Of a DNA stretch of 64,000 nucleotides, positions 12,397 to 23,030 are shown piece after piece. The stretch is from assembly GCA_013265495.1 (NCBI GenBank), contig MU058423.1:509061-573060 (forward strand), in the 5' to 3' direction. The notes under the pieces are model-generated. The model saw nothing but the letters and a program-made list of their open reading frames with translations, was not told the origin of the DNA and searched no databases. The DNA comes from Vicugna vicugna. Taxonomy: Eukaryota. A program made the position numbers and the translations under genes. Numbering within the stretch: the first letter of the stretch is position 1; every line of letters begins with the position of its first letter.

Positions 12397-13939
12397 GGCC
12401 ACTCTCATTTTGGGGCACTTTGTGGGGAGAGTGGCTGCTATCTGAGATCCTGGAGGCTTTGTCCAAGGATCTGACCAGACTGAAGAGATTCCTGGCCCCA
12501 CTGGGGAGAATTGCTCCCCCTGGGGCGGGGGTTGGAGGAGGCTGGTTTCAGGAGAGAAGCAGAGAAGTCAATGAAAATAAACTTTGTTCTGCCAAATGAG
12601 GCAGAGCTGTGGACAAGTTTCTTGTCTGGTGGAGGATCCAGGACAGGGGGCAAATGTAGTACAATGAATGTTTCTTTAAAGTGAAAAAATTAGCTTGGTT
12701 ATACTTTGTAGTCAACATGTTCCTCTCTTGGTTATCTTATCTACTATAGACTTCCTTCCTTAATGCTCATTTCTTTTGCAAACAGAAAGGGTAGCTTTGC
12801 AATCACTAACACCAATATACAGATGTCTAAACATGTTTTGACTAACATTTAGCAGCAGGCTGACAGCTGTATAGCTACTGCCAATGTGTGCAATTCTGCA
12901 AAGGGCCGACTAAAGTCCAGTTATCAATATAAACCATAGAACAAGAAAGTATCTCATTTGTGAAGCAAATACTCACATGCATCTGGTCAAACAGGGCCTT
13001 TTGCACGCTGAGGCTCCTGCTTGTGAGCACCAAGTGAAATCTCTTCTGCTCCCTTCAGTGGATGTTTTGGCTTTAATTGAACAATAAGTCATTGGGGGCC
13101 TCTGGGGTTAACCCTGGGCATTAGCCTATTGGTGCACATCAAGTACTCCAGACTATTTCCTAGGTATAGCTATTCCAGTGCACACTCAACACACAGACAG
13201 AACCCAGATCCTCACAGACACATAAGGGGAAGCCTTGGAGAGTCAGTATAGGAGAGAGATACCCAGAGCTATGAATCTAACTGCTGAAAACAGACCCAAG
13301 GAAAGTAATGTAATTGCCATTAACCAGAGTGAATGGCCCAGCTGATAGATGCCAGCAACGTGTGAAGGCTTGATAATCGTCTGTTCATCCCAGGATGAAT
13401 GTGATGCTCTCGTTCCTCAGCAAAGTATTTATTTGTACGAGATTAGATTTGACTGGGGAATGCTTCTCTCTTTTCTAAATTATTAACATCTAATAAAAGG
13501 TTATAGGCAAATTCCCTGACAACCCCACGTGTGGAAGTAAAACCATCATTTTTATGCAGCTGCCATACATTTTCCCTTCACAGTTGAAGAATACAAGAAA
13601 AAAAGAAAAATAATTGAGGTTATATTCAGTTCACTGGGGGGGGGTTCTCTTTCCTTTGGTGTCCTTCCTTGGAGGTTTGTTTATTTGAGGGGAGGTTCTA
13701 GTTTTCAGGCTTTCTCCATTTACAATTGCAAAGTTGTGGCTATTTCCAATCATTTTTGTCTCAGAGCTCTGCCAGGCAGAGCTTTCCAGGCAGAGCTGCC
13801 ATTGTGGTTAATTCTGAAGGAGGGGACTTCTGATGGAGATAGGTTTGTGGTTTGGAGGCAGGATGTCAATCAGTCAGTCTGTCAGTCAGTCAACAAGTCT
13901 TAATTTATCTCAGTGGGTGCAAAACTGCCTATTAGATGG

Positions 13940-14420
13940 TTGGGACACATGGTCTCCTGCCTGCAGTCTCTCCTTCTCACACCGTCCTACACACAACTGT
14001 CACATCAACTCTTTCTCAGACACAGTTCCCATCCTGTTGAACTCCTGCTCAAACACTGTGAGTGGCTCCCTTTCCTCAAGGAAAAAAAAAAATCCATGCC
14101 ACTTTGCCTAACATTCTAGGGAACTCTGACTTTAACCCATCTTCAAAATTTTAACTCATGTCTCCCATAAGCCTCTTTATGACCTGAAATGGAACTACGG
14201 TTGTTTCCATCCCTCTGCCTTTGTTCAGTCTGGCCCTTTTTCATATCATCTATATGAGTCCAAGTTCTTCTCATCCTTCCAGGTCCAGTTCAAAGGTTAC
14301 CTCTGCCAAGGAGCCTTCTCTGGTTATCACAGCCAGGACTCTCCTCACCTCTGCACTCTGATAGCTCTTTATTTGTACCCCATTTCTGGCACATCAAGTT
14401 CTACCTTGTCACCCAACATT
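13940..14420 (+). mobile_element. L2 fragment
   Basis: GGTCTCCTGCCTGCAGTCTCTCC, ACTCCTGCTCAAACACTGTGAGTGGCTCCC and TCATCCTTCCAGGTCCAGTTCAAAGGTTACCTC. Confidence 0.7.
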
Positions 14421-14429
14421 TGTGAGATA

Positions 14430-15110
14430 GAAGGGTAGGCTGATGAGCACAGATTCTGGAACCAGACTAGGAATTTTTAAAAAATATTTTATTTTTATTT
14501 TTATTTATTTATCTATTTTATTTTTATTTTTTATTTTTTAATTGAAATATAGTTAATTCATGGTGCTGTGTTCATTTCTGGTATACAGCATAGTGATTGT
14601 TATACATATATATTCTTTTATTTTATTTATTTATTTTTTTAATTTTATTTTTATTGAAGTGTAGTTGATTTAAAATGCTAGCTTCAGGTGTATAGCAAAG
14701 CGATTCAGTTATACATATACATGCATATATATTTTTCAGATTCTTTTCCATTATATGTTATTATAAGAAATTGAATAGCATGTGCTTTGTTGTTGATCTA
14801 ATTTTTTATATAGTAGTTTGTGTCTGCTAATCCCAAACTCCTAACCTATCCACTCCTCCTTCCCCCTTTGGTAACCATAAGTTTGTTTTCTATGTCTGTG
14901 AGCCAGACTGGGAATCTGAATCCCAACTCTGCTACTTACTACCTATCTGACCTCTCTTAGTCTCAATTTCTTTCTCTCTAAAACAAGGAGAATTATAGTA
15001 CCTATTTTGTGGAGTTATTGCAAAGATTAAATGGCTTAATTTAGATAAAGTGCTTAGAACATGGTCTGCTGGAGATTAAGTATCATAGAAGATTTAGCCG
15101 TCATAATTTG
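14430..15110 (+). mobile_element. MIR split by an L1 insertion (MIR parts ~14430-14474 and ~14903-15110)
   Basis: The MIR head GAGCACAGATTCTGGAACCAGAC resumes after the L1 as CCAGACTGGGAATCTGAATCCCAACTCTGCTACTTAC..AAGATTAAATG..TAAAGTGCTTAGAACA. Confidence 0.75.
14475..14902 (-). mobile_element. Two tandem L1 3'-end segments within one TSD pair
   Basis: Two T-rich tails (~14475-14540 and ~14616-14653), each followed by ATTGAA(A/G)T(A/G)TAGTT..GGT(A/G)TA(C/T)AGCA. TSD CCAGACT(A/G)GGAAT at 14462-14474 and 14903-14915. Confidence 0.88.
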
Positions 15111-15310
15111 CAAAAAAGTATTATTTTACAATGGCTTGGAATTCAGTATAGCATCTATAAACTAGGCAAGACTGGTTCCAACCCTAGAAGTCTATAATAA
15201 TAACATATAGAATTTAACATTTACATAGCACCTCCTTATCCATGATTCAATTCCACCAATATGCATTGAGAGCATCTGTGTGCCAGGCACAGTGTCCCAC
15301 TTTGACTCCT

Positions 15311-15440
15311 TTTTAAAAAAAGTTAATTAATTAAAAAATTTTTAAGTTGAAGTATAGTCAGTTTACACTGTATCAATTTCTGGTGTACAGTATGTTTCAG
15401 CCATACATGTACATACATAGATTCCTTTTCATATTCTTTA
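15311..15440 (-). mobile_element. Short young L1 3' end inside a degraded minus-strand MIR/L2 stretch (~15195-15580)
   Basis: TTGAAGTATAGTCAGTTTACACTGTATCAATTTCTGGTGTACAG is the reverse complement of the L1 tail seen at 2527-2788. Confidence 0.8.
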
Positions 15441-16249
15441 CTCTTAATTTGAATATTACGTTTTCCATCTTCAAGCACAAAATACTGAAGTTCAGCAAGT
15501 TTCAGGGACTTCCAGGGAAATTTACCTGGGATGGCCTGGAACCGGTCCTCTGACTCCTAACCACATCTAATCTTCACTGCTGCCCTCTGTCTATGATTCA
15601 TTAAGAAGGCCCAAGTTGCTATTTGGGGCATTTGAATTCTCAGGGGAAGGATTAAAGAACCACTGTGCATCAGCAAGGGCCTGAGAACCGGCACCGTATT
15701 CCTTAAGTATAGACCCAAGATCTCAGATCTTACACCATGTAAGTGTCAGACCCAGGCAAAAGTGGTCCGTGAACCGTGGTGGGTTCCATACAGGCAGTCT
15801 GCTCCTTAGCCCACTGCCAGAAACATTAGAGGCCAGATCTCTCTGTTACTACCTCCTGGGCAGCACTGGTGTGTGTGAACTTCAGGAATACTAGCTCCCT
15901 CCACTATCAGTCTAATGCAAATTAATTAGGAAGGCATATCTCCTGCAGAAATTCCCAAACAAAACAACAGTCTATTGTCTAATCATGCAGGTCGAAGCCA
16001 GATAGAAATGTTTTGGCAACACTTGCAATTTTAGGTGATCTGAAATGGAGAGATCCATTGCTCTCCTCCATGTACTTTGGAAATGGAACATGTGCTTTTC
16101 TAGATGTACAACTCTATACTCCTAAACGCATTTACTTTCGCCTCATAGGATTTCCCCCTCCTTGCAACATTGTCCATCCAAGTGTTGATTTGGGATGCCT
16201 CTGCCTAGTGCATGTATTTTACATAGTGGCTTATGTCAGTGTGCTTGAC

Positions 16250-16350
16250 ACAGCATGAAAGTTCCTGGAAGGGAGAGCTTGTATTCTTGTAATTCTTTCT
16301 GTAAGTGACCCAGCACAGTGCTGTGTGAAGTATGAGACTTAAAGCTTTGA
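16250..16350 (+). mobile_element. L2 3' fragment
   Basis: CATGAAAGTTCCTGGAAGGGAGAG..CCCAGCACAGTGC. Confidence 0.45.
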
Positions 16351-16399
16351 TGGTGATGACAGTTAGCATGTCTGTGTCTGGAGCAAATTAAATTTTCTA

Positions 16400-17120
16400 A
16401 ATTATTCAGTCTTGGACTCCTAGGTTTTCATAATCTGGGTTCTAGTTCAGATCCCAGCAATCATTAGTTGTGTGCCTTGGTCACCTGGCAGGAAAGGGTG
16501 GGTACATTCAAGAGTCAATTTACAGAGTTTGAAGAAGGGGTATGTGTGTGTGTGGAGGGGGGTTCAGGGAAACCATTTAGGAATAATGAAGCACTCCGAG
16601 GCTAGCAGCAGCAGGGAAAGTGCTGCCACGCAGATCTGCAAGGGAAAAAGGTGGGACCGATCATCAGATCCTGGAAAGGCCTGTAGCTGTCACCGAGGAG
16701 GGAGCCATCTGGCAGGATGTGTGATTGTAGACAGAGGTACAGCCACTGCCAAACCATGACTGGACAGGGAGGGAGCCAGGGGACTAAAAATCTCTATTTC
16801 TCTCTTCTCCCAACCTCTATTTTCTTGCCATTGGCCTAACCTAATCAAAAGTCAGAGGGTAAGAGAGCCGATTGATGGAGTCCACAGACACCAGCCTCCC
16901 AGGGCATAGAGCACAGTGGAGAAGGGTGGAGAGTGGTTCTGGGGGTTGGTGGGTATGAACACACGGACACTCTCCAGCCCACCATGCAACCTTATACAGT
17001 TCCTTAGAAATTCTTTGAGTCTCAGTTTTTAATTTGTAAAATGAGGATAATTATCTTATCTAGCCACAGGGTTGTTGAATGTGAAAACTACAAGACATAT
17101 AAATGTATAGGATTGTGATG
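16400..17120 (+). mobile_element. MIR split by an LTR (MIR parts ~16400-16484 and ~17005-17120)
   Basis: CTGGGTTCTAGTTC..TAGTTGTGTGCCTTGG lies before the LTR and TCTTTGAGTCTCAGTTTTTAATTTGTAAAATGAGGATAAT after it. Confidence 0.6.
16485..16982 (-). mobile_element. ERVL solo LTR, LTR33-like
   Basis: CCATTGGCCTAACCTAATCAAAAGTCAGAGGGTAAGAGAGCC..CAGCCTCCCAGGGCATAGAGC..GGAGAAGGGTGGAGAGTGGTTCTGG is the reverse complement of the LTR33 5' part. Confidence 0.8.
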
Positions 17121-19529
17121 ATTTTTTTTCTGTCCTTGCTTGGCTGGCTTTCATTTCATTTGTTTGCATCCATTTGACCAAATACAGATGATGAGAGATG
17201 CAGGCCTGGAACAAAGAGAAGACTCAAGCAGGCACACCCAGCAGGCTGGGGGTCACAGAAGGTCCCAGGCCTTTCACCACTGCTATCTCCACAGACTAGG
17301 ATAGAAATTTTGAATTTGCTCTTGATTCATATTGAAGTAATCTTTTTTTCTTTGCTGCAATTTATTCAGGTTTATGGAGCACATAAAGACCTACAGAGGC
17401 GGCCTTTTGATGTAGTTATGCAGCTATAAACTTATACAGCTGTAATAATTGCATTTTAATGATTTCTTTATATTGCCATAATTGGTAGAGTTAATGATCA
17501 TGTCAGCTGGACGGTGAAAAGAATGCTCTTTGCTGCCAATCCCCTTCTCATCCTCTCAGGCTCTCTAGAGAGTATGGAAAGATAGATGTTTCCTGATTCT
17601 CCTTTATCCACAGCTAATGGACCCCCAACTGGTAATCATTGAACCTCCCCAAGTTCTCCTTGGAAAGGCTTCCATTTGATACAGACATATAATTTGCCCT
17701 TGTTTCATGAGCAAACTTCTTCACCTCTCTCTCTGGAAGGAGCCAGGCTAGCACACGTTGTCCATTCCTTTCCCTCTTGTTGCTACAGTTTCTCTGCACA
17801 GTAGTTTTCCATTTCGGGCTTCATTACTGAAGAAAGATCTGGGAAATAAAAGGGTTTGGGGCTGGTGTGTGCACGTGTGCCTGTTATTTAATCATGTCCC
17901 AAGTGCTGAGAAAAAAGTCCGTCTGAGATCAGAGCTGGATGAAAGATCTTGATTTTAGCTGGAGGGGAAAGGGGAAGCTAAAAATCAGCTTGACTGAAAA
18001 TTCTCATAAAATTTGCAAAATCCTGAAGCTGAAAGTTCTGCAGTGCAGAGGCACTCCCATGCAATGTAAACAGGGTCAGTGAGGGCCTCCTGGAGCTCGG
18101 CTGAGGTGGGGGCCATTGTCAGTCAAGCTAATGTTGGGCTTCGGATGGGGGTGGAGGAGCTGACCCTCAAAATAGAGATTGCTTTGGGCAAGACTGGAAA
18201 ATAAATAATCCCCTTCCTCCCACCTTTCCCATCTGCTTCTGGCAAAGAGAGGAAAAGGAAGCCAGTTAACTGCCTCCCTGATTTGATGTGCATTGCTCAA
18301 ATTCTGGACAGCTCCTGGGGTGAGGGCTGTCAACTTGATTACTGGTGATAGCAATGATGGTGGTGGTGGTGGTAGTGGAGTCACAAAAGAGGCTGTGAAA
18401 AGGAAGTGAGGGGTGGGTATTCTGAGCAGAGCATAACCCGAGCTGGTTGATGTTCAATAAGTAACTATTGATCGACTTGATCATTTAAATTGGTTTTGCA
18501 ATGAGTTAGTGCCAGCAGACTACTTCATTTCCTTATGTTTTGTTGAGGCTAACCTGAAAAGTGGATTTTATGCTCTTAACACTAACCAACGTGTGGTGCA
18601 GAGAGGAATCAGGGGAACCACCAGTGTGGCAGGCAAGGCCAGCCTAGCACAAATTGTTTGGTTACTTTTCATGAAAATGCCATGCAATTGGCTGCAAACT
18701 GGTCTTGGATAGGGAGTGAATCTCTTCCATTCCAAGAGCTATCAACACAAAGAACCTACTTCTCTATCCCCCTAGAGATATGAGGGGATAAAAATCCTCT
18801 GGGTGGATTTACCTCTGGCATCCAACTTATAGTTGGGGTGGGAGGAAGAAGAATAGAGTGAAGGAAAGATTCACAGCGTGACCATTCTGGCCTTACTTCA
18901 AGTCTGAATAATTTGTTCCTAGGAGTGAAACTTGAGGGCCTTTAGGAAGACCCTCTCTTCTCCTTTCCACTCTCCAAATATCTCCTCATTTATTCTTCCT
19001 GAAATATCATCTGAAGACCTTAGGGCCAATGTGCAGCCTTAGCACTCTGTGATTAAGGGAACTGTCAGGCTGCACTGTACCTTGGTGTGAATTGGCCACA
19101 TCAGCACTGGAAAATTCTGACAGTGAGGCAATATCAGCAGCACTGGAAGAGGAAGAAGCCGATGTAGGGAAATAGGAAGAGTAGACACAATTTGGTAGCT
19201 TTAGAGCACTGGTCTTTGGAGGAAGCTTTAGATGAGGGACATTTTTCTCAAAGACAAGGAGAAAGTTGCCAGGAGGTGAGGGAACTAAAGACATGCTTCA
19301 TCTACTTTGGTGATTTTCATTAATTGAGTTGTGATCAGCGGCAGCCTCTTGTCCTTAAGTGAATTCTGGTCACTTTGTTAATCTTCATATGATCTATTGC
19401 ATTCTGATTTTTCAGTAGGTAGATCCAACCTATATAATATGACAACATGACCTGGGATTACAGTGCAAGTAGAAGGTTTTAGGTAACATCTATGTGGACA
19501 ACTGATCAACTGTGAAACAAATGACATTG

Positions 19530-19715
19530 TGATCTTGAGCTTTATGGTTCTCACTTTTCTTTCACCAGTATCTTATCTGGTCTTCACAAAAATCTGTAAA
19601 GGGGACAGGTGAGAACCAGGCATCTTAGACTCGTGAAGGGGGCTGACTTTCCTATGGATGCTCAGTGGCTAAGTGGCAGAGCCAGGAACTTGAATGATCA
19701 GTGCTTTTCTACACA
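19530..19715 (-). mobile_element. MIR fragment
   Basis: TCTTATCTGGTCTTCACAAAAATCTGTAAAG..GCTAAGTGGCAGAGCCAGGAACTTGAA. Confidence 0.5.
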
Positions 19716-20399
19716 CAGTGTCAATAGGTGAGCTGGACACATCTCTTTTATTGAATATCTTTCAGTATAACTCTGCCTATCAGGAGGATGAGCAAAGTGT
19801 CTCTAGAAAGGCTTGGTCTCTGAACTGTTAATTATTCAAGGCAATATACTCAGAAGAAGGATGCCGGATTCTGAGAATGCAGTTGTTGAAAATTCCCAAG
19901 AATCCCACAGCTACAGTTGTCTGGCCAATCAGGTTCTTCCCAGCCCAGATCTGTAGCCATTTGGCAACTTCTTCAAGAGTATATGACTGAGAATCAATGG
20001 TGTTGAGGTTCCTTCCATTATATCTCCTTCACTTTGCAGAGACTCAGGCATAATAAATGTGATGGAAATGCCTGCCAGATGAAAATTAGAACTGTTGGCC
20101 ACTAACACACCTTTCCCCTTGGCCTCTGCCAATGTGAGAAGAGAGCTAGAAAAGGAGCAAAGGAGTAAGTGACTCAGTTCAGATACAGCAAGGAACAAAC
20201 TTGACGAAGTCTCCGTCTGCTTTTGTGCTTTCCCAGCTACTGGATCCTCTTTTGGCTTGGCTTGTATAAGACAGCTGTTTTAAACCCCTGGCCATTCTTA
20301 AGAGCCATTTAGAATCACCTTCTTATTAGTTCTCTTGGAATTTTTTCCTTTGTTTTCACAAAATTAAAACATCCTCATTAAATCTTGAAGCTCTTTTCA

Positions 20400-20560
20400 T
20401 CCTTTCATCTACCTAATCATACCTAGTCAACTGTCTATTCATCTGTCCATCCAACAAATCCAGGAAAGTCACTGTATCAGGTGCTGGGGGAGACCCAAAG
20501 ATGAATGAAATACGGTCTTTCTATTGGTCAGGGTCCTAAGTGAAAAATAGGGAGACCACT
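20400..20560 (-). mobile_element. L2 3' end
   Basis: TATTCATCTGTCCATCCAACAAAT..CAGGTGCTGGGGGAGACCCAAAGATGAATGAAATACGGTC. Confidence 0.55.
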
Positions 20561-20569
20561 TCGACAATT

Positions 20570-21070
20570 TACAACAGAGGGAATTTAGTTTAAGCAATTG
20601 GTGGTAGAAGAATTGGGAAGCCGAACAGGAGACGATGTGGCAATACAGAACTTAACAGCACTTGGATGACACTATTGCCCTTAGGCTGAGGACACAAAGA
20701 AGGATGAGATGTTATCAGAGCCCAAGGGTTGGAGTCATCAGGTGGAAGTAGAATTATGGTGGATGTGTTAGTGGGAATTGGAACCAGGGTAGATGTGTAT
20801 AGTAAGGGCTGGAGCCTTGGAGGAGTCACAGCTGCTGCAGAGATACAGCCTGAGGCAAAGAAGGATGGCGAGAAATTCCCTGGATTCTCCTTTCCTCATG
20901 CTTTCTACTCTCCTGACTGTACCTTCCATTGCCTGAACCCAGCCAGAAGCCTGGGTGATGCAACCTGCAGGGGCCAATTTCCCTGTCCTCACTATGATAC
21001 AGAATAGAGCAAAAGAAGGGCGAGGGATGGGTCTGAGGGTAAATGGGTTTTGTGCCAGGACAACTCAGTA
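20570..21070 (-). mobile_element. ERVL solo LTR, LTR33/LTR41 group
   Basis: CCTTCCATTGCCTGAACCCAGCCAGAAGCC..AGAATAGAGCAAAAGAAGGGCGAGGGATGGGTCTGAGGG has the same architecture as 16485-16982. Confidence 0.65.
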
Positions 21071-21379
21071 CTGTGGGTAGGGAAGGAGAATACAGGATCT
21101 AGTTCACTCAGATCCTAGTAACATCTCTGATTTTAGAACATTTTCAGGAAGGAAATTGGAACTTTGGTAAAATAACCTAATGATCCTTTAAGGAATCCAG
21201 TAAAAGATTGGGTGCTCCTTCCAACTTGACTGCCCAGCGGAAGGGCCAAGTACGATTAGGGAAATTTGGGTTGAGTGTAAATAGAGCACCGTGGTGCCTC
21301 TGGCCAGTAAATGGTTGTTGTGATGTTTGATCATCAGTAATCATTCCAGTCCTTATGCACACCACACGCCAATCCAGTC

Positions 21380-21740
21380 AAGTCAGTCATGCTCTTTCAC
21401 ATCAGTTCATCTTGGCTGGAGCTGTTCCCTCTTGCCCGAAGAGTCCTTGTCTCCCCTTTCTACTTAGAGAATTCACTCAATACCAGCTCGAATGTCACCT
21501 CTCCTGGGAAGAGTCCCTCTATCCTGCCTCTATACTCCCCTACACTTTCTGCGTATCTCCATTATAGACCCAGCACAACGTGAGCTGGTGGTTAGTTGTT
21601 TGTATGTAGGTCTCTTCCATGACTCAAGAATTCATGGAGAATAGGGGCCACATCTTAATCACCACCCATCCACACACAGGCATAGCACAACGTCTGGCAC
21701 AAAGTAATCCACAAATATTAGTTGAGAGATTGAATGTGCT
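21380..21740 (+). mobile_element. L2 3' end
   Basis: GCTGTTCCCTCTTGCC, CCAGCTCGAATGTCACCTCTCC and the terminal CATAGCACAACGTCTGGCACAAAGTA..AAATATTAGTTGAGAGATTGAATG. Confidence 0.75.
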
Positions 21741-22454
21741 ACCATTATTTACACAAAAGAACATAGAGGGCTAAATAAAACATCTGAGGGCCTCTTACCC
21801 ACCCCCCTCAGAGGTGATGATTATCAGTTATTGTGGTGGCAGGGGTGAATTGACCAAGTGAATCTCCAACTCCGATTTCCCCATGCCTGAGACCCTTGAA
21901 ATATACCTTTGGAAAGAAATTTCTAAAGGAGCTGTGTCTGACGGCTGTAAGCAGCTACTGGAACTTTCCTTTTGATGTTTTATAAATGTGTCTTCTCAGC
22001 CCAGCCCAGCGCGACATGACTAGGCAGAGCTCTTGGCTGTTTTGAACAACTCAGACAGCTTTTACAGCTCGATCACTTGGGTGAATTTTTAGATGTAGAA
22101 AACATCTTCCTCCTCCATATTTTATCCTTCTTTCTTTTCTTCTGCCAAGTGAGAGATCTCCTCTGCCCTGTACCTGGCCACATCTAGACCTTTGGGTTCT
22201 TGACCTGGTCCAGGAAAAAGCACCATCAGTCTGTCTCTTTCAGGGCACCGAATCCTCTTTCCGACTCCGAGAACTTCTGAGCTTACTGACCAACTCTCAG
22301 GCTACTCCATGGCTCCAAGACCAAGGGGGCAGTGGGTCTGGATGGGAACCTCCTGTTGTTCACGTAAAATGTTAGTATTAACAAAGGTGAACACCCTTTC
22401 TTTTCAGAGTGCCAATCTTTTAATTTTCTTTTTCATGTTTAACACTTCCCTGGA

Positions 22455-23030
22455 CAGTTTTATAGACTAGAAGGAGATGCTGGTAGCCATCATCCCCTTT
22501 TTGATGAGTAAAATGAGGCCAGGATAGAAAAAAAAAATCACAGTCAGAGGCAGTGAGCAGAACCAGAAGTCAAGGTGGGAGTCCTGAGCCCCAGCCCTGG
22601 ATGTCACCCAAGTCTGTGGAGGAGGTGGAAACAGCTGGGGTGACCTCAGGTGCCATCAGATGAGGAGCTTGGACCCACACAGGGGACTAGTGAGGCCCCC
22701 TTACCTTGGCCGATGACAGAACGGGGACCTGGGGTACTTCTGGGGCTCTGCACAGCCCCTCCTCTCACACCCACTTTCTCCTGCCTGCTGGGGAAAGATG
22801 GGAGATGAGCAGGGCAGCTAAGATTTTCATGGGGACCAATGGCCAAGATTTCTCTGAATCTTGTTTGTTTTTGTGGCTGTGGGCAAATTACTTACTCTCT
22901 CTGAAAGTTGAATTTATTACCTGTACGTGGAGAAAATGCCTGCCTTCAGCTGCTTTGAAGATTAAATGAGATAAGGGTTTTAGCCCTGTGCCTGGCACAC
23001 AGCAGAGCATCTATGCCTATGACAGTTTTT
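22455..23030. mobile_element. Two MIR-family fragments (minus ~22455-22600, plus ~22860-23030)
   Basis: Core TTTTGATGAGTAAAATGAGGCCAG on the reverse strand. GGGCAAATTACTTACTCTCTCTGA..GAAGATTAAATGAGATAA..GTGCCTGGCACACAG on the forward strand. Confidence 0.65.

Noticed and set aside
19007..19294. Ser-rich ORF with an internal repeat (SSAADIA/SSADVA)
   Set aside because: It arises from a short CAGCACTGGAA duplication; no splice or homology support.
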